Assembly (NCBI GenBank): GCA_977862235.1
Contig: OZ374565.1
Coordinates: 372,001-436,000 of the forward strand
Direction: 5' to 3'
Source: Dudresnaya verticillata
Taxonomy: Eukaryota
DNA: 64,000 bases
The notes under the pieces are model-generated. The model searched no databases. It saw only the letters and a program-made list of their open reading frames with translations, and was not told the DNA's origin. A program made the translations under genes and the position numbers. Within the stretch, counting starts at the first letter, position 1. Each line of letters begins with the position of its first letter. Of this stretch, positions 1-12,520 are shown piece by piece.

Positions 1-1660
1 GAATCCAGAAATGCATCTTTCGCTGCCTGTGGAACAGCAGTACCAAGAGGCAGTCAATCCGATGCATGGCGCTTATGTACAAAATGGCACCTCTGATTAA
101 ACTGGTAGAAGGCGTTTCTGCTGGGTATATACGTCACTTGCGGCGTAACAGAACTGCATTACCGCACAAATTGAAACCCGAACGGCGGGGCCTTAAAATA
201 GCTGCTTCAGTACTCCTCGAGATTCATCGACATGACCTATTGCAAACGGAGACCTGATTACAAAACAAGAAAAAAACAACAGGAGACTCAACAGGGGCGG
301 GCTCACCCGTCCCCTGTAATTTCATTATTGTATTGAGAGAGACCTTTATTAAAGAACAAGAGTTTATTGTACTGTGTAATCGGCAGGGGGTCTTCCTAGG
401 ACACATCTCTTTTCGCACATAAGCCCATCAATCGACCGTGTGAACGTTAAACAACAAATAAAATACAACAACACATAGAAATTGCTCTTGTTGCGAAACC
501 AATCGACAGTTTTATAAAATGCTCACCCTTTTCTGCAACATGTCGTTTTAATTCTAATATTATTGCAATCTGTGTCGTTCTGTTGTCTACACTGCAGGAT
601 CGCGTGCTACGGCGTCGGTGGCGTCGAGAGCGGCGCGGCGCATTGTGCGCGGCGCGCGTGAGCGGGGCCGGCGGGGCGAAGGCCGCGCGCGAGCGACTCG
701 CCGCCATGGTTGCTCGCGGTCGGACGGGGGGAGGGGGCGGGGGGGACGCGCGAGCTGAGCTCGGCACGACGGGCGCGGCGCGAGGCTGATCTGCGCGTTG
801 GGGCGGGGAGTGAGAGCTCGCGGCGCGGCATCGGCACGAACGGCGCCGCTGCGGTGCGCGGCGCGCGCGCATTGGTCGAGGCGCGGGGCGATTGGAGTGT
901 TTCTGTGAAGGGTTCTCGCTGCCGCGTTGCACACGTGTATCGAGCGTTTCTTGTGTGACCTGCCATGAAGGCTTCATTGCAGGCATCGCGCAGACGCTCC
1001 TTGTGCCCACTATGCACTACCACTCTCACAATCCGCGCAAGGTCCGGAATGCTGCAAAGTAGACCTCCGGAAGCATTCCCTCACTTACAAAACACCGGCA
1101 CCCTCCGCGGCACCGCCTTCCTTTCGTTCACAGCACTTTCGATACCACCCCAATTCCACTTTTGTTAGTCGACAACTTCGCGTGCTTCCATGCTCCTCAT
1201 TCCGCAGCCTGCTCAACCTAGTTCTATCACTCGGATCGACCATCTCATTCTTCAAACGTTCACCGAGGCAATAAAGTTGACAAATTCTCTCGAGTTCCTA
1301 TTTTCAATACTACCCATGGGAAGCAAAACAATATCACTCCCATAAAGAGAGTCGCGAGATTTAGCTTTGCACCGCAGTAACCGTAGGCCCCTTCATTGTT
1401 CAATGCCAATTAACTCCAACAAAGGGCATGATGACCAACCTTAGTGGTCTTTCCATCATTTCCATTCAGAAAAATCCATACCATAAGAATCCCCTCGACA
1501 GAGCTGCTCGCTCCCTTGTGCTTGTGCTACCTCATATCAACTCCCCATCCGATCCGACCCTGTAGCAACCTCCAACGTTTCCCGCATGTTCCTCGGCTGC
1601 AAGGGCTCGTCACTGAAAAAAGAAACGGACTACCTTGCTTGACATAACTCTGCATCGATA

Positions 1661-2245
1661 ATGACTACTGATGCATGGCTTGAAAGACTCAATCCGGAGG
1701 AAGAAGAGGTCTACAACCTGATTAACAGTGCCGAAGAGGAATATTTGCGATATTTATCCGCAAAGGCACATCACGCCCCGCTTCCCTTAGAAGAATATCA
1801 TCTTGTCTATTCTGCGCTATCACGAGCACTACGATGCCAGCAGCGTCTGGTTCTACTTGGGGTCAACGTCATGGAAAACTTCTTGGCCTCCGGAACACTC
1901 AACATTGTTGAAAACCAAATCAACCTCCACGCTGCTCCATCGCGTAGAATTTCGTATCCGCCATTGAGGAACAATGCGCAGAAAATTGCCAGTGATACGC
2001 AAATGAAGAGAATCCAGAACACAAAACATGCCTTCAAAGCCTACATCTTCGCGAAGGACACCAGTCAAAAGAATAACCTCATCGCACAGCACTACATCAA
2101 GGACGCCACCGAAAATCTGTTGAAGGTCATCAACGATTTGCATCAGATGTTCAAACTTGCGGGGAGGAAGGCTGAAGCGATTCAAAAGTCGAAAGAAGCG
2201 CTTGGATACAATGAAAGTCTTATTTCTCGAGTCGAACGGCTGTAA
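1661..2245 (+). CDS. Hypothetical protein, 194 aa, probably alpha-helical
   Basis: ATG-to-TAA ORF with normal protein-like composition, outside recognisable TEs. No domain recognised. Same translation at 46152..46736. Confidence 0.5.
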   Translation: MTTDAWLERLNPEEEEVYNLINSAEEEYLRYLSAKAHHAPLPLEEYHLVYSALSRALRCQQRLVLLGVNVMENFLASGTLNIVENQINLHAAPSRRISYPPLRNNAQKIASDTQMKRIQNTKHAFKAYIFAKDTSQKNNLIAQHYIKDATENLLKVINDLHQMFKLAGRKAEAIQKSKEALGYNESLISRVERL

Positions 2246-3865
2246 CACCCCAACAATGTGGAACGGGTTTGAAGAGCCGTAGTAGCTACTACAGTAACAA
2301 CGTACCAATCTACCGAGATCATGGAAAGGCATGAGAAACTCTAAGCTCCCTGGTCTTTCCCTTATGCGGGACAAACATAATCAAGATAGCTTTTCTTGAC
2401 CCGAGTATAATTTGCCTACCTCGGTAATGATGTGAGTTCGTGGTGGCTGTTAACCGCCGTGCACTCTTTGACCGTTGCCTTTCACATGAATTGTAAGCAG
2501 GTCCCCTTAAGGGCTGTAGTCTTACCTATGCATAAAGGGCTCCCTCAACGTATTGTTTGCTTGTTTAGGCCAGGGCTTTGCCGCGTACTATTGCGGTCTA
2601 TTTTTCGTCAGTATTGACAATATGCAGTAATATTGCAATACTGAGAGAAAGGGCAATATTTATTGCTATTTGGTCCAATGTTTCACCAGATCGATTCCTC
2701 ATATGCTCTATGAATTATATTCAGTCCAACGAGTCGGTATCACTATCATATTGATGACATTGATGTAGTAGACAGCACCCGGACCAACAGCATTAGTAGA
2801 ATGTTGTCTGTCCAGTGTTCTCTCGATGACATATGAATGCAATCTTAGGCCCATTCGTTACTGTTTGGGTGCACTCCGACATATTCTATGAACAATTCCA
2901 CGATACTTAACATATGCAGTGCAAGAGAGCAAACGTCTGGCCTTGGTAACTACTCTTGCTGTCGTTTTAAAGTGGACTCTTTTCTGTGTGTGAATCGTTT
3001 GATGCGTGTGTGTTGTGTCGTGCTGTCTATGTATGAACAGCCGAGGCTATGTAGAGCCTCTTCGCCACAACAAAATACTACGAAAGGAATGTATCTGAGA
3101 TATACTGGCACTACGAGCTGTCACAACGCTAGCGGTATATTATTGCCGTAGCTTTGGTGACACTCTACTATCAGAATGCAGCTGCAGTATTCGTGGAGTG
3201 CACTCTCTTACATGCAATACTTAGACAACTGCCCTATACATACATATATATCTACTATTGAGATATATATTCAACTATATAAATAGTAGCATCTTTTCAG
3301 TCTGAAGACTATTTCCATAATGGCCTCGTTCTTTTCGTAATGGAACTGATACGGCGTTACCAGGAGCACTGTTCCTTAACACAAGCAGCATTTCTTATCT
3401 CTCAACTTTTAATTCCTTAAAAGAAATACGTCAGCAGGCTGTCGACATCAAGAAAGAGACGACCGCATTTCGAAGCCCAGCATTTGAAGGTTGTCAAGGT
3501 ACAACCGAGTAAAGGCTTAGAAGCCTTTAGGGTTACGGTACCTAATTACAGTGTCTTACACCTGGTGATATCGAAAGTGCAGAGTTTGTATGGATCTGGG
3601 GCGAATCAGTAGTTCCGGAGAGAGAGGACGAGTTTGAAGGTCCAGTGGAAGGTATAGAACGTACCCCATTGTGCACCCATTGCCCGAGAAGCACAAACAT
3701 ACGATTTTATGGCAGTGCAAATCCACAAGGGGTCCCCAATATCTGATCTGATTGTCGGCGACAGGCCGTCTGCTCGACATCGCCTGATAGAGCGTGATGC
3801 GAGGACGTGAGAATATTAATTTCTATCACAGATTCGAGTCTGTCTGGGTGTGGTGCAGTTGACAG

Positions 3866-4475
3866 TGTTACACATAGCGCTCGCACTGTTTGGGAGTACT
3901 CCCTACAATGGGATCCCAAAGCGCACACGCGACGCTGCAGGGTAATTCCCTAGAATGGGAGCCTGCTGGGGAACGCACTGCTGAACAATGGCAGACCCCA
4001 CGGCCGATCATGGCTATCGCGCACAGACCTGGTGAACCTGCACAAGGCAGAACTGCCGGTCTGACAAGGCGAATTTGCGTCCCTTCGGACAACCCTCTAC
4101 ATCTTATTGGCTAACGCTCAGGGTCCCCTGACAACAGGGTTCAGACCTGAATGACTTTCCGTCCGTCCCCGACCCACTGTGGGACGGCGGGTGTGAACAC
4201 ATCCACCTGTTCAGGTCTATCTGACTTGGAGCGGATCCCGCGAGCATGCGGGCCACAAATACTGTGGGTCGCTTTGAGCCGTCCGGCTGTAGAAATAATA
4301 AAGCCAGCACGCTGGCGTCGAACGACGAAGACGAGGGACAACACACCACTCCTCATCCACGCCGTGACTTTGCCCTCCACTTTGCCAACCCCAACTTTCT
4401 CTCTACCGACCTTTTACTTTTCCTTTTCGCGTTCGCGATCTACTGCTTCGAAGGCAAAAGCGGTTACGCGTCACA
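3866..4475 (+). repeat. 5' LTR of element A
   Basis: TG...CA, direct repeat of 20507..21116 with about 8 substitutions. Confidence 0.95.
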
Positions 4476-4629
4476 GTAATTACTTTTCCCCGGAGTAGTT
4501 TCGTTTTTGTTGACGAAGCGAGATTGTGTTCACGGTGACCAGCACTAGGAGTGCTACGAATGGATCCAATGCCCAAGATTCATGCACAAAATCCGTGTCC
4601 GTCAGACGATCGTCGAAACGGTGGAAGCG

Positions 4630-6291
4630 AAGGCTGATAGGACTGTCAACGGCTGACTTCGTCTTGTTCAAGCACGATCGCGAGATCTATGAACGACGAG
4701 TCGCTGAGAAGAATTCGGATCCGAATGTTAAGATCCAGCTTACGACCTACAAGGACTCTATTCTACCTGCTGTGCTGGAGATCTTCGCACTAGGTGACTG
4801 GGTTCCGATGGACACCATTGATGACATCTGTAGTAGAATGGCTTTGAAGCCAACAGAGACGGCGACACGGCACGACAGCTGTCCTCAAAGAGCGATCCCA
4901 CTCGCGTGGTTGGTAGCTCGGTAAAGGGGTGGTAGAGACTTGAAAGGGCTTAAAGCCCTAACAAAGGAAAAAGGGATAGGCAAACCCTGCTGAATAGAGC
5001 AATTCGTCGTAGACGACAGGGCTTGTAGACGCCCAAAGGGAAGTTGTAGCGGTAGCACCGTAAGCGTCCAAAAAGGGGAAAACCCAAGGCACAGACCGCT
5101 GCCGGTTTAGTGCCGGGCCCCTGCTACTCAGGGGCCCCATAAATACAGCGAGAGCCGAAAAGTGCTCCTCGCTCAGTTAGAGCTCTATGGCTAATACTTA
5201 GCTAATACTGTACAATACAGGTACGATATATCCTTAGATAGGAATGAGTGGTCAGGCCACAAGGCCCGCGCGGCGCCACTGTCAGGCGCCGTGCGGCAAA
5301 CATCCGCCAGCAATGCATGGCGCGATGGTGCGGCCATGGTTAATCCCCAAATGGCACAGGGCCATATTATCTGGAGCAGTGTGCCCTACAGATCAACTCT
5401 GTACACGTGTTGCCTTACAGCGCAGGAGCGTTCCAGCAATGAAATCAATCGGAGCACCAGCCATGTCATCCGGGCAGTTGTGCGCCCGTCATTCCTTACA
5501 GAGGACTCGTGTCCACGTGGCTCCTTACAGGGCGTCAACGCCCGTTGTACCACAACATCACGGAGAACCATCTTGAGGACTGTGTGGCCAAGCAGGCTGT
5601 AGTTAATCCTGATGATTATGATCTTGGAAAGCTCGATGATTCCCTCAATGACTAGAAGCTCGGACGAGCGGATAGTGAACACAACCTAGAAGCCCAAGTT
5701 TAGCAGCTGATCTTTGAATACACCAAGATCTTACAGAACTGTGGTTACAATAAGTTTGCCGAACGGCACCCGAAGCTTGCCGTGGAGCACATACTGAAGC
5801 GTATCACTCACCCGTTCCTGAAGAACCGCATGATCATGACTGCGCGTCTGAAGAAGGACGAGGACTTTCACAAGAACTTCAAAGTTTTCGTACGAGAACT
5901 CGCGAAGGAGGCGCGGCTGATCGACCGCATGAACGCCGCCAAGAAATACAAAGCGCCCGCTACCGCTTTCGACAAGTTTGCTACTCGTGTTGCGGATGAT
6001 CCGCCGCCGACGGCGCCATACCGATCGGGTAGTTCCGGTTCCGGACGTAAGAATAAGAACCGTTGTAATAAAGGTGGTGCATCTGGCAGTACTGCAGAAG
6101 ATGGGAACCACAATCAAGACAAACCGTTCGGTGGTAACGATGGCAGAGGTAAACACTTTCGCGAACCTCCCCATTGTCTCAACCCAAAGTGCGACAAGCG
6201 CCATTGGGTTGATGACTGTGAAATAACTGCGGACGCAGAGAAGAAACGTCTCAAGGATGAGTGCCGTGCGCGTTCGCAAGCGCGCAAGTGA
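4630..6291 (+). pseudogene. gag: Element A gag, split by solo LTR B; start approximate
   Basis: Frame reads VPMDTIDDI|TENHLEDCV across the 4829..5554 insertion, with in-frame TAG stops. Cys/His knuckle CLNPKCDKRHWVDDC near the end. Confidence 0.8.
4829..5554 (-). mobile_element. Solo LTR B (726 bp)
   Basis: TGTAGTA...TACCACA termini and ACATC TSD at 4824-4828 / 5555-5559. Removal restores the gag frame. Strand inferred from the position of the purine tracts. Confidence 0.9.
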
Positions 6292-6363
6292 TCGAAGCAG
6301 GACTCAGAGAAGCGAGAAAACATCGGATCTGTAGAACTACCTACCGAAGGAGAACACACTTCA

Positions 6364-7393
6364 ATGTTCTCAGCCTCATTCTGTTCAGGTGCTGTAGAGG
6401 TGTCCGCCTTAACCGATCAAGGTTCGGATGCTAATCTAATTTCACCATCAGTACTGAAGGAGATCTTACAGGCTGACCCAGATGTTCGAGTTGTGACTCT
6501 ACCAAAGAAGCTGGAGTTCTCCAATGCTCATTCTTCTGCGGTGAAGATCACGTGCAGCAGGCAAGTATCCGCTGACGTAATGCTACGCGTACGCCATGGT
6601 ACGAACCTCATCTTGCGAGGAATGAAGTGGCTGGTCACAAACGCTGCAGTACAGCACGTTTATGTCGGACGACATGTTCTCGCGTCTATAGGGTTGAACA
6701 ACCGTGTCATGCTCGAGTTCGCGGCTGATAGATTCGGAGGAGTCGTCGACGTCCCAGAAGTTCTTCATAAGGATGGGAGTGGCGACAATCCTTGCGCCGA
6801 CGCCGGTGCGTCTATCCATGGAATCCTTCGCGAACGCGGTTTGGATTTCGGAAGCACCTTCCACAGCAAAGGGGGTGCTGAGGACGATCAACTCGAAGAC
6901 AGTAACGTCTACGTCGATCTTGGCGAGGACTCGCCGGATGATTTGAAACAGGCGATCGCCGCAATGGTCGAAGACGCTCGCAACAATGGACTGAGCGATA
7001 CCGGAGCCGAACGGCTGACCTCTATCCTGGACAGGTACCCGGTTTTCGGATTCGGCTGGGCAAATCCCAACCAGTCGACGTTCCGCCAATGAGGGTACGA
7101 CGTCAACAAGGATACCGACCGGTACGTTTGAAAGCAAGGAGATACTCCGGTGAACAAAGGAACTTCCTGAACGCGCGCGTCGTACGCGTACGTGGATCGG
7201 CTCAAGGAGATGGAATTTTCGAGGAGATGACAACCGCCAAATGGCAAGCGGCACCTCTCCTTGTGCCGAAGCCTGATTCCAGAGCTGGGTATCGTATGAC
7301 CGTGGACCTTCGTCCGGCCAATGGCGCGACAATCAAAGAGTCGTGGCCAATGCCTCATCTGGACAGCGAGGTGTATGATTTCTCAGGGAGCAC
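6364..7393 (+). pseudogene. pol: Element A aspartic protease and RT N-terminus (frameshifted)
   Basis: ALTDQGSDAN protease-like motif; WQAAPLLVPK, YRMTVDLRP and WPMPHLD RT motifs. Cut at FSGST by the 7394 insertion. Confidence 0.9.
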
Positions 7394-8232
7394 TGTGGTG
7401 CAAGGGAAGGGCTGCCCCTTTTTCGCTGTGAGCGTATTATATGCCAACGTCTACCGACGGCACGTCGACCGCCGTTGGCGCGCGAACACGTCATGGACGG
7501 TTGGCCCACGGGCATACGGCCGCCGTTACCCGGCGCGGCGCACGCGCCCACTGTACGGCCAGATCCAGATGCACGATCCGGATCGGCCAGGCGCAAGGCG
7601 CACGCCTGTAAGCCTGGCCCGGATCCGGATCGGATCCGGATGGGACATCGGGATCCGGCATCGGGATCCACAGTGATGTAAGGAGCGCGTCTGTAATGGC
7701 CGCGCGCCAGCAATGCTGGTAGGGATCTGGATCCGAATCCGGATCACCCACAATGCTACACGCATGCGCCTGTAAGCTACTCCTGAGCTCCCGCGCGCGC
7801 GGCTGCATGGCGACGACGACGTGTCAGACACTCGACGACGCGACACGCGTCCTGAGTCCCCGCGCACCGCGCCTGCCGCCGTCACTCACGTAGTATATGA
7901 GGTAATCCGTCTGAGACGCTGAGTAAATCCCGGACAAGCCGGCCTTGGTCCAGACTTCCCCGTTCCGCACGCGCGTACCCTACCGCTGCCTACGGCTAAG
8001 CGTCTACCTCCCGTGCTTCTACGTCTACCATCGTCCTTGACGTGCTCCCTTTCTGTTTCCTTTCCCCTTCCTTCACACCTTCCGCCTCGGGCGTCTACAG
8101 TCCGCCCAAGGCGTGCCCCTTTTGCTCTACCAACAACTCGCCCACGGCGGGATCACCTACCGCCAAGGGCGCAGCTACCCACCGAGCCCCGCACTGCTCG
8201 GCGGTCTATCGTCTCGGACGTTTTGCACCACA
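7394..8232 (+). repeat. LTR of family C (839 bp)
   Basis: TGTGGTGCAA...TTGCACCACA terminal IR, followed by a PBS. GATCCG-rich internal repeats at about 7560-7750. Confidence 0.88.
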
Positions 8233-8234
8233 TC

Positions 8235-8247
8235 TGGTCTCCCGACC
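8235..8247 (+). promoter_or_regulatory. Primer-binding site TGGTCTCCCGACC, possibly tRNA-Tyr
   Basis: TGG start 2 nt after the LTR end. The same PBS follows the D LTR at 53804. The complement CGGGAGACCA matches my recollection of the yeast tRNA-Tyr 3' end. Confidence 0.75.
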
Positions 8248-9163
8248 TAAAATTGTGCTACGTTTCAACGAGTTACTCCGTCGTGCGACGTCCGACTCTT
8301 CGTCTTCAGACGTTTGTCGCTAATCGTCCACGACGTTCAAGCAACTCTACGATTGTATCATGGCCTCACGACCGCCGCCGTCGAGAGGCCCAAGTTCAAG
8401 AAGACCGTCTTCGACGCCAGGGAGTGTACCCGCGTCACAAGCGCCCTCGGAATGCAGCCGCGCGCCTGACACATTTGCCCACGCCACCGCGCGCGCCGCG
8501 CTAATGCTTACACCTACACGTGTTCACGCACCGCGCTTACAGACTCTTGGTCCCATTGTCCTCCGCTGCCCTGTGACACGTGCCACGTGTGCAAGTATGC
8601 CACGGGGCGCAGCAGCGTGACCCAGTAACTACACCTCACGCGTTCTCTCAACCCGACATTGCCGTCACTATCCGCTGTGAGCGGGAGGTCTGGTTCTTGA
8701 CCAAGTTGCCCGACAAAGTCGAATGACTAGCGCCATCGGCGGAAACAGGGATCACGAGCGGGTTCGCGCCTCGAGCTCAATCCCAGTCGCCAAAGGCGGT
8801 AGAAACGTCAAAGACGGGAGCTATCCGTCTAGGACGGTACAGAGCGCCAGCGGCGTTGGATAATTTGCACCATATGGCCCCCTTCCAAAACGCGAACACG
8901 CGAAGCAAATTCGTGAGGAACGTATTATTACCGGCCGTGCCGTGGTTATGTCACTTCCATTCCCCTCAAGGACGTGCGGCGTTGCCGAGTTTCCCGTCAT
9001 AAGACGACTTGAGCAATTCACTAGTAGCGGTGTGCCCAGGGCTCCGAGGTCACCGGTGGTAGAACGTCCAAGACGGTTATCCCCGTGTAGGGCGGCTACC
9101 AGCGCTGCGCAGTAGCCGGGCGTCCACGCGCATAAATAAACGATAAATTTTGACGGCATGCAG

Positions 9164-9530
9164 AAGCGCACCAATCAGCGTTCAATTTGCGTGCGGCGTG
9201 AAGCGCACCAATGAGCGCTCAATTTGGGTGTGCGCAGGTCACGTGCCTGTAAGCCCAAGCGCACCAATCAACGTCCAATTTGCGTGCAGCGCGAAGCGCA
9301 CCAATGAGCGCGCAATTTGGGTGTAAGGCGAAGCGCACCAATGGGCGTTCAATTTCCTGGCGCACAGGTCACGTGCCTGTAAGCTCAAGCGCACCAATGA
9401 GTGTCCAATTTGCGCGCGGGGCGAAGCGCACCAATCACCATCCAATTTGGGTGTAAGCTGAAGCGCACCAATTAGCGCTTGATTTCCTTGTGCACAGGCC
9501 ATTCGTCTGTAAGGCGGAGCGCACCAGTCA
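9164..9530. repeat. AAGCGCACCAAT minisatellite with 130-bp higher-order unit (37+37+56)
   Basis: Cores at 9164, 9201, 9257, 9294, 9331, 9387, 9424, 9461 and 9517. Inverted copies at about 15700-16065 and 56910-57275. Confidence 0.9.
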
Positions 9531-9629
9531 TGCGTCGGGGGCTCTTACGTTCGGCGCGGCGTGCAGTGAACCGCCATCGGCGGGCGTGATCGTCAGGGAC
9601 GGTATGAAAAACGCTAATGCGTGCGGTTG

Positions 9630-11900
9630 CGTCTTTGACGATATGGCGCGGCATGGCGCGGGTGCGGCCCAGCCGGAAAACGTCTGTGACGATATTGTGC
9701 GGCATGGCGCGGGTGTGCGCCATCCGGAAAACGTCTGAGACGGCATATCCTGGGATGGCGCAGGTGTGCGCCAGCCGGGAAGCGTCTAGGACGATATAGC
9801 GCGGCATGGCGCGGGTGTGCGCCAGCCAGAAAACGTCTGAGACGGTATATCTTGGGATTGCGCAGTTGTGCGCCAGCCCGGAAGCGTCTCGGACGATATA
9901 GCGCGGCAGGGCGCGAGTGCGTCTCAGCCGGAAAACGTCAATGACGATGCAAAGCGGCCGCGGCGGATCACCGTGTGGCCTCAAACGTCAATGACGATAT
10001 GTAACGTCGATAACGATAAGATTCGGCACATTTCTGCTTACCCGAGAACGAAAACGTCAATGACGATATGCAACGTCTATCACGATACGAAGCGGCTCGT
10101 TCAGGGTGACCACGAACGTGCCAACGTCGATGACGGTGAAACGGGGCACTTCGCAGGTAAGCGCGTGCCCCAAAACGTCGATGACGACATTGAGCGTCGA
10201 TGACGATAAGAAGCAGCTGTGGCGGGTGACCGGGTGGACCACGAACGTTCAAACGTCGACGACGGTGAAAAGGTGCACAGTGGAGGTAACCACGTGTCCC
10301 AAACGTCAATGACGCTATTGAGCGTCGACAACGTTGCAAAAGGGGTCGACAAGAGTGACCGCGTTGACCAAAACGTCAATGACGGTATGCAACGTCGATG
10401 ACGATATTGAGCGGCCGTGTTAGGAGCCTGCCCCTACTAAAAACGTCGATGACGATATGAGACGTCCATGACGGTACGAAGTGGAACGGCATGGGTTACC
10501 GAGTACAACAAAACGTCAATGACGATATTCAACGTCGGTAACGGCACGAGGCGGCACATGCGGTTGACCCCGAGTACCAAAACGTCCATGACTGTGAAAT
10601 GACGGTACGAAGCGGCACATGGCAGCTGTCCGTGAGTCTGCAAACGTCTGTGACGGTAAACTTGGCAGTTCGCGTGTGATCGCGTGCACGTAACGTCAAT
10701 GACGACACGCAACGTCGATGACGGTATGAAGCAGCACATTGCGGGTGCCGCGATCCTTAAGACGTCGACAACGGTGAGGTGTGGCTCGAGGAGGGCAACC
10801 GCGTGCACTAAAGCGTCAATAACGATACAAAACGTCGATGACGATTCGAAGACGCCGTTGCCGGAGACCGCGAGCCTGAGCACGTCGACGACGGCACCAA
10901 ATGGCACTGTACGGGTTACCGCGAGCCGGGAAAACGTCTATGACGGTATTGAGCTGGCATGGCGCGGTGATTCGCAAGCCGGGAAACGTCTGTGACGGTG
11001 TGTATCTGTGTGCTGCGAGTGAACGCGCAACGGCAGAACGTCTGTGACGGCGTATTTCGGCATAGAACAGGGTTGTGCGAGCCGTGTGCGAGCCGCGACC
11101 CGCACCAAAACGTCAATGACGATACGAAACGTCGATGACGACAGGAAACGGCACGTTTCGGATGACCACGAGCCGGAGAACGTCGACGACGGTGCTATAT
11201 CGCACTAAGTGGCTGACCGAATGCACTAGAACGTCGATGACGATACGAAACGTCGAAGACGATACGAAGCTGTCTTTGCTTGTGACCACGGGTACCAAGT
11301 GCTGCAAAGCGTCAGTGACGGTATAAAGCGACGTTGCGTGGGCTTCACCGCGCGACTGAAGAGCAGGAAACGTCAATGACGGTAAAAAGCAACATGTCGC
11401 GAATATCGGCGAAACGTCATTGACGGGATATCAAGGCAATAGGCCGGTTGCAGCAGAGCGGGAATCGTCGGTGACGGTAGAGAGCAGCATGGCACCGATA
11501 TTCTCGTGGCATGAAACGTCCATGACGATAATGAAACCACATGTGCCAGGTTTCTGTGTACTCGACGTCGACGACGATATACCGCAAGAGGGATCGGGTG
11601 ATCACGAGTTTGCAATCGTCGATGACGGAAAACACAGTATGGCGTGAGTAACCACGATCCAAGAATCGTCTTTGACGCTAAAATGCGTCATGAGACGGTT
11701 GGTCGCGTTCCAAGCGTCGATGACGGTATCAATCGCTTCAGCGAGATAGTGCGGCTGAGTACGCATCGGTGATCGTACATGACGGAAAAGGCAACATGGT
11801 CCACATGTCGTGAGTAACCATGCGAATGAATCGTCTGTGACGGTGCAAAGCGGCACGCCGGGCATGGAACGCGAAGTCGCGTGCAGAACGTCAACAGTGA
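9630..11900. repeat. Array of AACGTCRNTGACG dyads, 51-bp and 19-bp spacing, variable spacers
   Basis: About 50 motif copies by eye. Homogeneous 51/102-bp units at about 9630-9940 degrade into units sharing only the motif. Confidence 0.88.
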
Positions 11901-12520
11901 TTAACAACCAAGTGGAGACCCCGGAGGGCCCGATTTCGATATTGTTCCAACGTCTCAAGACGGGTAAGTGTTACACCGACTCTGTCGAACCGATGAATCG
12001 TCGAAGACGTATTGGTGCGTACTGCGGTCTTGAACGTCAACGACGTTTTTGGTGGGATGGGTGTCCGGAATCACAATATCCAGTGGATATTCGGCCAAGC
12101 CGGCTTGAGCTCCGTCATCGACGCTCTATTGTTAGACTTGAACTTGAGCGCTCGGATGCACGGAGGGCAGACTCGCCAGAGGCGGAAATACGGATGACGA
12201 CACGTTCGGCAGGGGATATAAAGATCCCCTGTTAGGCGAACGGTCGGAAACGTCGCATATCGGCATAGCCGGGAGAGCCGAAGCAAACACGGGGCGGACA
12301 CGGTATTCCGACTTCATCGTCATGCGTCTTGACCGTTCGAACGATGGTTCACTGCCAATCGCCCATGACGGGCGCCTTGAAGAGGCCCCAGGGGACAGTG
12401 ATGGTCGGGACGGACCCACAGTATTCTCAAAAACGTAGAAAAACGTCGTGGACGAGTAGCGAAACGCTTTGAAAGCGGTTGATCGGTCGTCGCACGACGT
12501 TGCAGTTCGTAGAAACGTAG

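Larger units (their letters stand above)
8437..12520 (-). mobile_element. Inverted partial copy of non-autonomous LTR element D
   Basis: Reverse complement of the D sequence seen forward at about 53826..58001. Includes part of the LTR, the PPT and the repeat-rich interior. Confidence 0.9.

Noticed and set aside
290..318. GC hairpin resembling a terminator or Helitron end
   Set aside because: No appropriately placed CTRR end or Helitron coding sequence, and bacterial terminators do not apply here.
447..1029. Overlapping Arg/Ala/Pro-rich ORFs (also 44938..45520)
   Set aside because: A GC-rich patch open in several frames with no domain. No termini or TSD found to call it a TE.
2570..3150. hAT-like element starting CAGGGCTTTG
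   Set aside because: No matching second terminus or 8-bp TSD found by eye.
9630..11900. CRISPR array
   Set aside because: The repeat is only about 13 bp and degenerate, spacers are related to each other at one end, no cas genes are present, and the array sits inside a eukaryotic LTR element.
9472..11958. ORFs with repeated IVIDV / TSMT peptides (also 54449..56966)
   Set aside because: By-products of the DNA repeat. The 19-bp units shift frame and both strands give similar ORFs.
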